Below, one piece after another: positions 36,627 through 46,284 of a stretch of DNA of 64,000 nucleotides. This DNA comes from an uncultured Flavobacterium sp. Lineage in GTDB: Bacteria; Bacteroidota; Bacteroidia; Flavobacteriales; Flavobacteriaceae. Numbering within the stretch: position 1 is the stretch's first letter; each line of letters starts with the position of its first letter. A program made the position numbers and the translations under genes. The notes beneath the pieces were generated by a model, which was not told where the DNA came from, did no database searches, and saw only the letters and a program-made list of their open reading frames with translations. The stretch spans positions 2,311-66,310 of the forward strand of contig CAZWAF010000002.1 in NCBI GenBank assembly GCA_964631795.1, written 5' to 3'.

Positions 36627-38714
36627 TTAAAACGATTCGATTAATGCATCATCACATTTTGGGCAATATTCGTGTTCTCCATTCAAATAACCGTGAACCG
36701 GACATACGCTAAATACAGGTGTTACTGTTATGTAAGGTAATTTGAAATTCGATAACACTTTCTTTACAAACTGTTTACAGGCTTCAGGCGAACTTATTCT
36801 TTCACTCATATACAAATGCAAAACAGTTCCACCGGTATATTTGCATTGCAATTCATCCTGTAAAATCAAAGCTTCAAATGGATCTTCAGTATGATTTACA
36901 GGAATCTGAGAACTGTTGGTATAATAAATATTTTCTTCCTGTCCGGCCTGAAGAATTTCAGGAAAACGTTTCTTATCTTCTTTGGCAAAACGATAAGTAG
37001 TTCCTTCGGCAGGAGTAGCTTCCAGATTATATAAATTTCCGGTTTCTTCCTGAAATTCTTTCATGCGGTTTCGGATGTAATCCAAAATTTCTGAAGCAAA
37101 TTCAATTCCTGAAGATGAAGTAATATCTTCCTGATCTTTTGTAAAATTGATAATCATTTCATTCATCCCATTAACCCCGATGGTAGAAAAATGGTTTCTG
37201 AAATGAGGTAAATATCTTTTGGTATAAGGATACAATCCTCTATCGTACATTTCCTGAATAAAAACTCTTTTCTTTTCCAAAGTCGATTTGGAAATCAGCA
37301 ATAATCGATCTAATTGTCGATATAATTCGGCTTTATTTCCTTTGAATAAATAGCCCAAACGTGCCATATTGATGGTAACCACACCAATGCTTCCGGTCAT
37401 TTCGGCACTTCCAAAGAGTCCGTTTCCGCGTTTTAATAATTCTCGTAAATCGAGTTGCAAACGGCAACACATAGATCGCACAGCGTTGGGTTTATAAGCA
37501 TTCGGGTTTTCAACTTTATTACCGTTTTCGTCCAAATTATATTGGCTTCCTACAAAATTCTGAAAATAGGAGGAACCTATTTTGGCCGTATTTTCAAAAA
37601 GCAAATCGGTATTTTCTCCATTCCAATCAAATGCTTCGGTAATATTTACCGTAGGAATCGGAAATGTAAAAGGTTGTCCGTTGGCATCGCCTTCGGTCAT
37701 TATGGTGTAATACGCCTTATTTATCAGATTCATTTCTGTTTGAAAATGTTCATACCTCAAATCGGTAACTTTTTCTACGCCTCGAAGTTTGGCTCTTTGC
37801 AGAAGATCGTGTTGGAAATTACTCTCAAAAAGATGCAGGTCATTTTTGGTCGGAATCTGTTCTTTTAAATCATCGGGCACAACCCAATCCAAAGTAATAT
37901 TGGTAAAAGGCGATTGCCCCCAACGAGCCGGTACATTAAGATTATAAACAAAACTGCGAACGGCTTTCAATACGTCTTCAAAAGACAAATTATCTTTGAA
38001 AACATAAGGAGCCAGATAAGTATCAAACGAACTGAATGCCTGAGCACCGGCCCATTCGCTTTGCAAAATTCCGAGAAAATTAGCCATTTGTCCCAAAGCT
38101 TCCCTGAAATGGGAGGGAGCTTTGCTTTCGACTCTTCCGCGAACACCGTTGAAACCTTCGTTGAGCAAAACGCGCAAACTCCAACCGGCACAATATCCGG
38201 TCAGACAATCCAGATCATGAATATGAATATCACCATTTCGGTGCGCATAACCTTCTTCTTTTGAATAGACTTTGTCCAGCCAATAATTGGCAATGATTTT
38301 TCCGGCAACATTGTTGACCAAACCGGCATTGGAGTAGGAGGTATTGGCATTGGCATTAATGCGCCAATCGGTTTGAGAGATATATTCTTGTATAGTTTGT
38401 GTGCTGTCCACATAGGTTGTATCCTCGTTCAAACCGTTTACGTGTTCTCGTTGCAATTTTCGGGTATGTCGGTACAACATAAAAGAACGCATCACTTCGA
38501 AATATTGTTTTTCAAAGAGATTTTTCTCAATCAAATCCTGTATTTCCTCTACAGACCAGGTTTCTTTTTCCTGTAATTTTTCAATAATATTTTCAAAAAC
38601 ACTCTCATCAAATGCAATGTTTACACTTGTAAAGCTTTTTGCAATAGCATCTTTTATCTTAAAACATTCAAATGGCTTGTATTCTCCATTTCTTTTGATT
38701 ACGTATTTTTCCAT
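36627..38714 (-). CDS. nrdD: Class III ribonucleotide reductase, catalytic body lacking the glycyl-radical tail
   Basis: N-terminal ATP cone (VIKRNG), HIHDLD..GYCAGW, FTFPIPT, SMCCRL, EATPAEG, YTNSS, YTGGT, terminal CPVHG...CPKC, then stop. Confidence 0.92.
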   Translation of the reverse strand: MEKYVIKRNGEYKPFECFKIKDAIAKSFTSVNIAFDESVFENIIEKLQEKETWSVEEIQDLIEKNLFEKQYFEVMRSFMLYRHTRKLQREHVNGLNEDTTYVDSTQTIQEYISQTDWRINANANTSYSNAGLVNNVAGKIIANYWLDKVYSKEEGYAHRNGDIHIHDLDCLTGYCAGWSLRVLLNEGFNGVRGRVESKAPSHFREALGQMANFLGILQSEWAGAQAFSSFDTYLAPYVFKDNLSFEDVLKAVRSFVYNLNVPARWGQSPFTNITLDWVVPDDLKEQIPTKNDLHLFESNFQHDLLQRAKLRGVEKVTDLRYEHFQTEMNLINKAYYTIMTEGDANGQPFTFPIPTVNITEAFDWNGENTDLLFENTAKIGSSYFQNFVGSQYNLDENGNKVENPNAYKPNAVRSMCCRLQLDLRELLKRGNGLFGSAEMTGSIGVVTINMARLGYLFKGNKAELYRQLDRLLLISKSTLEKKRVFIQEMYDRGLYPYTKRYLPHFRNHFSTIGVNGMNEMIINFTKDQEDITSSSGIEFASEILDYIRNRMKEFQEETGNLYNLEATPAEGTTYRFAKEDKKRFPEILQAGQEENIYYTNSSQIPVNHTEDPFEALILQDELQCKYTGGTVLHLYMSERISSPEACKQFVKKVLSNFKLPYITVTPVFSVCPVHGYLNGEHEYCPKCDDALIESF

Positions 38715-38745
38715 CGCATCTGATTATTTATGTTTTTAATTACAT

Positions 38746-39477
38746 TTAGTATTCTGATTGAAATTTTGCTTCCATTTTTATAGCTTTAGGAAACAAAATA
38801 TTGTTTTCTAAGTGGATGTGTTTGTGCAAATCCTGTTCAAAATCATTCAACATGGCAAAAGTCACGCGATAGGTGTTGCAGGCATCAGCAGGAGAGGTAT
38901 AATCATTTGTTAATAAAGCAATTTTTCTAAAACGTTCCCCTTCGTTTTCATGCTCTTCTTTCATCATGTGAATCGGATTTTCAACACTGCCAAACGGAGG
39001 CATTGTAATGGCTTCTGAAGTCAAAATTGCTTTTGCCATTTTTTTGATAAACGGAAACAAAATTAACTCTTCTTTTTTCATGTGCTGAGTAAGTTCTCCT
39101 GCACAACCTCTGAATAGATCATTAATTTCAAACAATTCCGGATGTGAAGCCCCATGAACTTTGCATAATTTATCTAAAAACTGCAATAAAACCGGGATTT
39201 TTTCTTCCACATATCTATGGTGCGTTTTCTCTATGTAATCGGCTAATAAATCCAGAGGCCAGGATTTAAAATCAATTCCGTTATCGTTTTTTAATAACAA
39301 AACGGTTTCCAATTCCTGTTTCAAATCAGTAGCATCAACATCCTTTTTCTCACAAGCTTCCTCAATTGTTCTGTTTCCTTTGCAACAAAAATCTATTCCG
39401 TGTTTTGAAAAAACAGCTGCTGTTCTGAAATCCTGTGCTACTAATTCTCCTATTGTCATTCTCTCTAAAGTTTCCAT
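38746..39477 (-). CDS. ric: Iron-sulfur cluster repair di-iron protein
   Basis: GIDFCCKG (ScdA_N), THHRY, HMKKEELILFP, EHENEG, HIHLENNILFP. Confidence 0.93.
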   Translation of the reverse strand: METLERMTIGELVAQDFRTAAVFSKHGIDFCCKGNRTIEEACEKKDVDATDLKQELETVLLLKNDNGIDFKSWPLDLLADYIEKTHHRYVEEKIPVLLQFLDKLCKVHGASHPELFEINDLFRGCAGELTQHMKKEELILFPFIKKMAKAILTSEAITMPPFGSVENPIHMMKEEHENEGERFRKIALLTNDYTSPADACNTYRVTFAMLNDFEQDLHKHIHLENNILFPKAIKMEAKFQSEY

Positions 39478-39510
39478 ATGTTTTATTTTTAAATAATTAA
39501 ATTTTTGAAA

Positions 39511-39602
39511 CAAAACTAATCATTATTTTTTAAATAAAAGACAAAATTATCCGAATTAAATTATTAACCCTAAAGCGTTAATAAAAAAATGATTAAAATT
39601 AT
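39511..39602 (-). promoter_or_regulatory. ric-operon promoter region
   Basis: TAGTTTTG (minus) at 39511-39518; ATAAAAGAC-N6-ATCCGAATT at 39534-39557; ATGAT-TAAA-ATTAT at 39589-39602. Confidence 0.55.
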
Positions 39603-39667
39603 TTTTTTCTCTCATTCTTTGTCCATTTTATATTTATTAAAGAACTTCAAAAATGATTTTGTGTAAA

Positions 39668-39745
39668 ATGATTTTTATCATGTTTTAAACTTTTTATTGA
39701 TTCTAAATTTGTCACAAACAAATAAAAGATATTTTTATCCTTTAT
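39668..39745 (+). promoter_or_regulatory. norC promoter
   Basis: ATGAT-TTTT-ATCAT at 39668-39681; TAAATTTG at 39704-39711; ATAAAAGAT-N6-ATCCTTTAT at 39722-39745. Confidence 0.75.
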
Positions 39746-39787
39746 TTAAAAATCACTCAATTATCTAACAATCAAAAACAAACAATT

Positions 39788-40219
39788 ATGCTTTCAAAAT
39801 CTCAGGCAAGGGCATTTTTTTTGGGAGGAACGCTGGTCACATTCTTAATATTTATAGGACTGACGATTTACTCATTCATGCCTTCAAACGATCAGACCAA
39901 TTATGGTAAGATTGACAAACAAGTAGTAAGGGGAAAAGAAATTTGGGAATCAAACAACTGCATGGGCTGCCATACCATCATGGGAGAAGGAGGATATTAT
40001 GCTCCCGAGCTGACTAAGGTAGTTGATCGCCGTGGCGAAGGCTATATTAAAGCCGTTTTAATGTCGCCAATTCCTTGGGCTCCAAAGGGACGAAAAATGG
40101 TAGTTTACAACATGAACGAAAAAGATGCCGATGCAGTTGTGGCTTACCTTAAATGGATAGGTAAAATCGACTTAAACGGATTTGACCGTGTTGTTTCACC
40201 TTTAGCCAAAGATGAATAA
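39788..40219 (+). CDS. norC: Nitric oxide reductase cytochrome c subunit
   Basis: N-terminal TM, NCMGCHT, EGGYYAPELT. Confidence 0.93.
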   Translation: MLSKSQARAFFLGGTLVTFLIFIGLTIYSFMPSNDQTNYGKIDKQVVRGKEIWESNNCMGCHTIMGEGGYYAPELTKVVDRRGEGYIKAVLMSPIPWAPKGRKMVVYNMNEKDADAVVAYLKWIGKIDLNGFDRVVSPLAKDE

Positions 40220-40302
40220 TTAATCAATGAACTAATTTACCGATGTACCAATTATTACATTGATCAATTGTTACATTTTCACATTAAAAAATTAAAAAAA
40301 TC

Positions 40303-41637
40303 ATGAAATACAAATCACAAAAAATAGCCTATTGGTTCTTTGGTCTGTGTATGCTTTTGTTTTCACTGCAAATCATTTACGGATTTATCATGGGCTTTGA
40401 CCGCATCGGAATCCAGGGATTACACGATATAATTCCTTTCAATACAGCAAGAGCAGTACATACTAATTTACTGGTAGTTTGGTTGCTCACCGGTTTTATG
40501 GGAGCCGCCTATTACATTATACCCGAAGAAGCACAACGAGAATTAATCAGCGTTAAATGGGCTTATATCCAGTTAATATCATTAGCTGTTGTAGGAGTTA
40601 TTGCCATAGTTGGCTTTCACTTTAATCATTGGGAAGGACGAAAATTCCTTGAAATTCCCAGAGAATTAGATTTCCTTGTGGTAATTAATGTATTGCTTTT
40701 CCTTGGACTAATTTTAGGAACACTCTTTACAGGAAAACGCAAAACCACCACCGCTCTGGTTTTATCAATGGGATTGCTGTTTGCAGCCTTATTGTATTTA
40801 CCTGGAATGATTTGGTTCGACAGTCAGGTAACAGATTCTTTCTTCCGTTGGTGGGTAGTTCACCTTTGGGTTGAAGGTGTTTGGGAATTAATCATGGGAG
40901 GTATTCTTTCATTCTTATTAATTAAATTGACAGGTGTTGACAGAGAGGTTATCGAAAAATGGTTGTATGTAATTATTGGACTTACTTTCCTTTCGGGAGT
41001 TTTAGGAACAGGACATCACTATTATTACATTGGAGTAAATAAAATCTGGTTGGTTGTTGGTGGTATTTTCTCAGCATTAGAGCCACTTGCTTTTCTTGCT
41101 ATGGCATTGTTTGCAGTTAATATGTACAGAAAAGGCGAAAAAAATCATCCAAACAAAACCGCTCTGTTCTGGACTATCGGTTCGGCTATCGTTTCATTCA
41201 TCGGAGCAGGATTGTTAGGTTTTGCACATACTTTGCCTCAAACCAATCTTTATACTCACGGAACTTTGGTTACTGCTTCGCACGGACATTATGCTTTCTG
41301 GGGAGCTTACGCCATGATTGTTTTGGCAATGATTAGTTATTCTTTGCCAAATTTAACCGGGCGTAAACGTTATGAAAGTTCTGTAGGTATGGCTTCATTT
41401 TGGTTGTCTAATATTGGAATTTTAGGAATGACGGTTGCCTTTGGTGTTGCCGGTGTTGCTCAGGTGTATTTGGAACGAAAAATGAAAATGGACTTCATGG
41501 ATGTTCAAAACGAAATCAGCATTCACTTTGTTGTATTGCTCATTTGCGCCACCATGTTTACCGTAGGAATTGCAATGTTTATCTATGATTTCTTCAAACA
41601 TGGTCAACCTTCAGATGAAGCGTTAATTATAAAATAA
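40303..41637 (+). CDS. norB: Nitric oxide reductase large subunit (cNOR)
   Basis: All canonical ligands are present: ARAVH, WWVVHLWVEGVWE, GTGHHYY, SALEP, ASHGH. Confidence 0.95.
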   Translation: MKYKSQKIAYWFFGLCMLLFSLQIIYGFIMGFDRIGIQGLHDIIPFNTARAVHTNLLVVWLLTGFMGAAYYIIPEEAQRELISVKWAYIQLISLAVVGVIAIVGFHFNHWEGRKFLEIPRELDFLVVINVLLFLGLILGTLFTGKRKTTTALVLSMGLLFAALLYLPGMIWFDSQVTDSFFRWWVVHLWVEGVWELIMGGILSFLLIKLTGVDREVIEKWLYVIIGLTFLSGVLGTGHHYYYIGVNKIWLVVGGIFSALEPLAFLAMALFAVNMYRKGEKNHPNKTALFWTIGSAIVSFIGAGLLGFAHTLPQTNLYTHGTLVTASHGHYAFWGAYAMIVLAMISYSLPNLTGRKRYESSVGMASFWLSNIGILGMTVAFGVAGVAQVYLERKMKMDFMDVQNEISIHFVVLLICATMFTVGIAMFIYDFFKHGQPSDEALIIK

Positions 41638-41742
41638 ATCCAATCTGTTCTTTTTTACCTGAACGCTTTGATAACTGTTTTTTAGAATTGCATTTCCAAA
41701 AAACAAAAGTTAAGGCGTTTGGGTTTTATTAAACCTTAGGAT

Positions 41743-41824
41743 TTAACCTCAAGGTTCGCAAGGTTTTTCTTTATGAAAACTGATGCTTTAAGCACGCAAG
41801 AATCTTTGCGGTCCTTGCGGTTAA
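41743..41824. repeat. Imperfect 21-bp inverted repeat between norB and norQ
   Basis: ttaacctcaaggttcgcaagg / ctttgcggtccttgcggttaa, 17/21 complementary. Confidence 0.7.
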
Positions 41825-41848
41825 ACTTCTAAGCTAAAACTTAAAAAA

Positions 41849-42628
41849 ATGTCACAAAACGCACCATACTACCACGCTGTGGGCAAAGAAAAAGAAGTCT
41901 TTGAACACGCACATAAAAACAAATTACCGTTTCTCTTGAAAGGCCCTACCGGAACCGGAAAATCCCGTTTCATTGAACACATGGCGCATAAATTGGATAA
42001 AAAAATCATCACAATCAGTTGTCATGAAGAAACTTCTTCTACCGATTTGATTGGCCGGTTTATCATCAAAGGTGCCGAAACCATTTGGCTCGATGGTCCG
42101 CTTACCACTGCCGTAAAGGAAGGGGCGATTATTTATCTTGACGAAGTTGCCGAGGCTCGTCCCGATGTTATTGTGGCGATTCACTCGCTCACCGATCACC
42201 GCCGCGAACTGTTCATCGATAAATTGGGCGAAAGAGTAAAGGCTCACGATAATTTTATGTTGGTGGCTTCTTTCAATCCTGGTTATCAGCGTGGATTTAA
42301 AGAGTTAAAACCCTCGACACGTCAGCGTTTCATTGCGGTTTCTTTCGAATATCCCGAAGCTAAAATCGAAGCCGAAATCCTGATTAATGAAACCAATATT
42401 GATTCTGACAATGCCAAAAAACTGGTTGCCATCGGAAATAAAATCAGAAACCTGACCGAATTGGGATTGACAGAAACCGTTTCGACCCGACTTTTGGTTG
42501 ATGCCGCCCGATTAATTCACAGCGGATTGCCAAAAAGATTATCGGTTCACGTGGCAGTCGTGGAACCACTGACAGATGACTTACAAACATTGGAAGCATT
42601 GAAGAATTTGTGTGATTTGATGATATGA
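41849..42628 (+). CDS. norQ: NorQ/NirQ/CbbQ MoxR AAA+ ATPase
   Basis: GPTGTGKS, DLIGRF, YLDE, SFNPGYQ, STRQRF, STRLLV. Confidence 0.92.
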   Translation: MSQNAPYYHAVGKEKEVFEHAHKNKLPFLLKGPTGTGKSRFIEHMAHKLDKKIITISCHEETSSTDLIGRFIIKGAETIWLDGPLTTAVKEGAIIYLDEVAEARPDVIVAIHSLTDHRRELFIDKLGERVKAHDNFMLVASFNPGYQRGFKELKPSTRQRFIAVSFEYPEAKIEAEILINETNIDSDNAKKLVAIGNKIRNLTELGLTETVSTRLLVDAARLIHSGLPKRLSVHVAVVEPLTDDLQTLEALKNLCDLMI

Positions 42629-42707
42629 TAGGTTGTTTGTTGATAGTTTGTGGTTTTAGCGCAAACAACCATCAACCACTAACCACTAACCACAAACAAT
42701 AAAGAAA

Positions 42708-44483
42708 ATGGGATTCGAAATAGACGAATATTTGGTTGGGAAGTTTTTCAAGCAATTGAAAAAGGCCAAAAAAGTAAGTCCCGAAGTAATAGCCAGAACG
42801 GTTACTCTTAGCGAAATAAAACCCAAGCTTACCATTTTGGCCAGAGCCTTAACCGGTGAAGCCATCGAGATTTTCCCGGCCGAGCGAGAAGGCGGTTACA
42901 AAAACAATAACTTTTTCCTTCCGGTTTCCTTTGCCGAATTGCCAACGAAAGAGGAGAATCACACTTTTTATCTTTTCAGGATTTTATATTTAAGCGTTCA
43001 GCATCGTTTAAACCTGAATTGGACGGCTATGGGAGACGAACCGACTCTGGAACTTTCGCAGCAAAAAGCATTGGAGTCATCCGAAGAAATTCTGACTGTA
43101 TTGTTTAATGAATTTTCGCTGGATAAAGAATTTCATGACGATGCCAGACTACATTTCATTGTAAAATCAGATGAAAAAAAGGCTCCTGATTTTTCATGGC
43201 TTTACGGAAAATGGATGCTGAATGATTTGGAACAAAATTCGGATGGCGTACTTGAGAATTTTTCGGATAAAACCAAGGAAGCCAACGAAAACCAGCCCAC
43301 AACCACATTAAAATCGAAAGCAGTTGAAGAAGTAAAAACGGTTGAACTAGACAAAAAACAACAGGAAGATTACGTCTTGCTGCACAATTTTGAAAAGGTT
43401 GAGACCGCCGACGAATTCAACGGTACCTGGCGTGATTTCGACGGTTCCGATGAACTCGAAGACCATCAGGATGCTCTGGAAGATTTGAATCTGAAGAATA
43501 CTGTGCGTGTCGATGATACGGCACATTCGGTTTATCAGGCCGATTTTATCGAGAACACCACCATATCCGAGAGTACGCAAATTGATTCGAAAGGATTTCA
43601 CTTAACCTATGACGAATGGGATTTCAGTAAACGCATGTACAGGGAAAACTTCTGCAAAGTGTACCCTAAATCGCTTCTGAAAACCGATCCGAATTATTAT
43701 AAAAACACGATTGCCCAGAATGCTTCGACTTTGCTTGGATTGCGCAAAATGCTGACCAATGTCAACAATAAAATGCAGCAGCAAAAACGCATGACCCAAG
43801 GCGATGAGTTTGACATAGATGCCATAACCGATTTGTTTGTGGATGTGCATTCTAAACGCACACCGTCGGAGAATCTATACATTTCAAACAGAAAGAAAGA
43901 AAAAGATTTGTCGATTCTGATTTTGCTTGATGTAAGTCTTTCTAGCGATGGATATGCCGCCGGCAACAGAGTAATTGATGTGGAGAAAAAGGTTTCGATT
44001 CTTTTCGGGGAAATACTTAATGAGTTTAGCATCGATTTTTCAATTGACAGTTTTTATTCCAAGACCCGCAATTTCTCGACCTATTTAACGATCAAGGATT
44101 TTGACGAAAACTGGAATACTGCCAAACATAAAGTGGGTGCGGTCGAGCCAAGCGGCTACACCCGAATTGGCGCGGCTTTGCGTCACGCCGGCGCCCGACT
44201 CGACAAAAGAAACACCAAAAACAAATGGATCATTGTGATTTCTGACGGAAAACCCAATGATTACGACAAATATGAAGGCAAATACGGAATCAATGACGTG
44301 AAACAGGCGCTGCGTGAACTCAACAGCAGAAACATTAATTCCTACGGGCTTGCCATCGAAGCGCAGGCAAAGTATTATTTGCCTCAAATGTTCGGACAAA
44401 ACCACTATGAGATTTTGACTACTCCAGTGGAGTTGCTGAAATCGCTGGTAAAACTATATGAAAAAATTAAATATCAGAAGTAG
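42708..44483 (+). CDS. norD: NorD VWA-domain activation protein
   Basis: YDEWD, MIDAS-type LLDVSLSSD, YTRIGAALRHA, ISDGKPND. Confidence 0.88.
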   Translation: MGFEIDEYLVGKFFKQLKKAKKVSPEVIARTVTLSEIKPKLTILARALTGEAIEIFPAEREGGYKNNNFFLPVSFAELPTKEENHTFYLFRILYLSVQHRLNLNWTAMGDEPTLELSQQKALESSEEILTVLFNEFSLDKEFHDDARLHFIVKSDEKKAPDFSWLYGKWMLNDLEQNSDGVLENFSDKTKEANENQPTTTLKSKAVEEVKTVELDKKQQEDYVLLHNFEKVETADEFNGTWRDFDGSDELEDHQDALEDLNLKNTVRVDDTAHSVYQADFIENTTISESTQIDSKGFHLTYDEWDFSKRMYRENFCKVYPKSLLKTDPNYYKNTIAQNASTLLGLRKMLTNVNNKMQQQKRMTQGDEFDIDAITDLFVDVHSKRTPSENLYISNRKKEKDLSILILLDVSLSSDGYAAGNRVIDVEKKVSILFGEILNEFSIDFSIDSFYSKTRNFSTYLTIKDFDENWNTAKHKVGAVEPSGYTRIGAALRHAGARLDKRNTKNKWIIVISDGKPNDYDKYEGKYGINDVKQALRELNSRNINSYGLAIEAQAKYYLPQMFGQNHYEILTTPVELLKSLVKLYEKIKYQK

Positions 44484-44492
44484 TTAGTGAAA

Positions 44493-44583
44493 AGTGGTTA
44501 GTGACCAGTAATTAGTGATTAGCTTTTAACAGTTATCATTCTATTACCTTTTGCTAATCACTAGTTACTAATTACCAATCACT
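44493..44583. repeat. Second AGTGATT-heptamer inverted repeat
   Basis: Arms 44493-44523 and 44553-44583; inner ends AGTGATTAGC/GCTAATCACT match the 4455 element. Confidence 0.8.
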
Positions 44584-44595
44584 AATTAGAAAAAA

Positions 44596-45561
44596 ATGAA
44601 CGAGATTTTAAATGCAACGACTCTAGCTGAGGGTCATCCGGTACAAATTTATTTTCAGGAAAGAGAATTAATTGAAAAGCTATTAATAGAATTATCTGCG
44701 ACCAATCCGGCCGAAGACATACAGAAATACATCAATGTTTTCAACCAATTGGGGACTATTGAAAAAAGATTTGCCCGAAAAGAGAACCAATTATTTCCAT
44801 TTCTGGAAAAGAAAGGTTGGAACGGGCCATCACAGGGAATGTGGTCGTTTCATGACAACCTGAGAGAGCAAATAAGACTGATTCGTTACTATATTAAAAC
44901 ACAAAACACCGAAAAGATTACCAATAACACGGTTTATCTGGTTGAAGGAATTATAAGGCTGTTGGGCGTTGAGGAAAACATTTTGTTTCCGAATTCTTTG
45001 GACTTATTGGAAGAAAATGATTGGATAGCAATGCGCAAAGGCGAAGAAGAAATCGGCTGGATGCACACAGAAAATCCTGCGGCTTACCCAACGGAGGAAT
45101 ACATTCACCCAAGTCAGGATTTTACCAAAAGGGAACTTACGTTTTCTACCGAAAACACTTCGCACTATGACGAGGGTTATATGACGGTGGAGCAGGTGAA
45201 TCTTCTTTTCAGAACCATGCCGGTCGATTTGACTTATGTTGATGAGAACGATAAGGTGATTTTTTATAATAGGGGAGAAGATCGCGTGTTCCCGAGAAGC
45301 GCCGGTATTATTGGGCGCGAAGTTAAATTCTGTCATCCGCCAAAAAGTGTTGGAACGGTTCTTCAGATTTTGGAAGAATTCAGAAAAGGAACCAAAAACG
45401 AAGCTTCTTTCTGGATTAACTATAAAGAAAGACTGATTTACATCCGCTATTTTGCCGTGAGAGATGCTGAGAAAAAGTATAGGGGAGTAATCGAAATGTC
45501 GCAGGATATTACTGAGATAAAAACAATTGAAGGCGAAAACCGATTATTGAATTGGAATTAA
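44596..45561 (+). CDS. Hemerythrin-like plus PAS domain protein (DUF438-type)
   Basis: GHPV, ARKENQLFP, FHD, EENILFP, then PAS 'DLTYVDENDKVIFYN...GREVKFCHPP'. Confidence 0.8.
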   Translation: MNEILNATTLAEGHPVQIYFQERELIEKLLIELSATNPAEDIQKYINVFNQLGTIEKRFARKENQLFPFLEKKGWNGPSQGMWSFHDNLREQIRLIRYYIKTQNTEKITNNTVYLVEGIIRLLGVEENILFPNSLDLLEENDWIAMRKGEEEIGWMHTENPAAYPTEEYIHPSQDFTKRELTFSTENTSHYDEGYMTVEQVNLLFRTMPVDLTYVDENDKVIFYNRGEDRVFPRSAGIIGREVKFCHPPKSVGTVLQILEEFRKGTKNEASFWINYKERLIYIRYFAVRDAEKKYRGVIEMSQDITEIKTIEGENRLLNWN

Positions 45562-45572
45562 GCCTAAATATT

Positions 45573-45682
45573 TTTCACAGAGATTCGCAAAGAATTCGCA
45601 GAGTTACACGAAATTTTTAAGGTTTAAATATTCATTTTTTACTTTGAGAATCTCCGTGGATTCTTTGTAAATCTTCGTGGAA
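45573..45682. repeat. Imperfect ~41-bp inverted repeat between the PAS gene and norE
   Basis: cacagagattcgcaaagaattcgcagag / ctccgtggattctttgtaaatcttcgtg. Confidence 0.65.
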
Positions 45683-45699
45683 TAAAAAAATAATAATAA

Positions 45700-46281
45700 A
45701 TGCAAACAACACAAATAGATTATAAAAACTTTTATTATCCGCCGGGGGGAATCCTGATGTGGATAATCATATTTCTTGAACTCATCACCTTTGGGATGGC
45801 ATTGGTCGCATTTGTCTTTTACGGAAAAGAACAGCCTGAATTGTTTCACAATTCCCGACTACAACTCAACACCACAATGGGAGCCATTAATACCGTGTTT
45901 CTGCTTACAAGCGGTTACTTTATGGCCAATGCCGTTCATGAATTTAAAGACAATAATCGTAAAAAATCGTCTTTGTATTTCAAGCTGACCATGTTTGGAG
46001 GAATTTTGTTTCTGATTGTAAAAAGCTTTGAATATTACCATAAAATTCAGGCGGGGATTTCATTGGAAACCAATATATTTTTCAGTTTCTATTGGATGCT
46101 GACAGCTTTTCATCTTATCCACGTTATCATAGGTTTGGTGATTTTAGTCTGGACCAATTACGGAATGATGAAAAACGATTCAGATACCGAAGTAGAAGAC
46201 ATTGAAGCCTGCGCTGCGTTCTGGCACATGTGCGATTTGATCTGGCTGCTTTTGTTTCCTGTATTGTACTTAATCTTTTAA
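45700..46281 (+). CDS. norE: NorE (cytochrome oxidase subunit III-like)
   Basis: PPGGILMW, E..TF, NT.FLLTS, FH..HV, AAFWHMCDLIW. Confidence 0.82.
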   Translation: MQTTQIDYKNFYYPPGGILMWIIIFLELITFGMALVAFVFYGKEQPELFHNSRLQLNTTMGAINTVFLLTSGYFMANAVHEFKDNNRKKSSLYFKLTMFGGILFLIVKSFEYYHKIQAGISLETNIFFSFYWMLTAFHLIHVIIGLVILVWTNYGMMKNDSDTEVEDIEACAAFWHMCDLIWLLLFPVLYLIF

Positions 46282-46284
46282 AAA

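Noticed and set aside
36521-36629. Stop readthrough or frameshift fusing NrdD to the radical peptide
   Set aside because: Another in-frame TAA follows 8 codons after the stop, the peptide is in a different frame 106 nt away, and it has its own A-rich leader and ATG.
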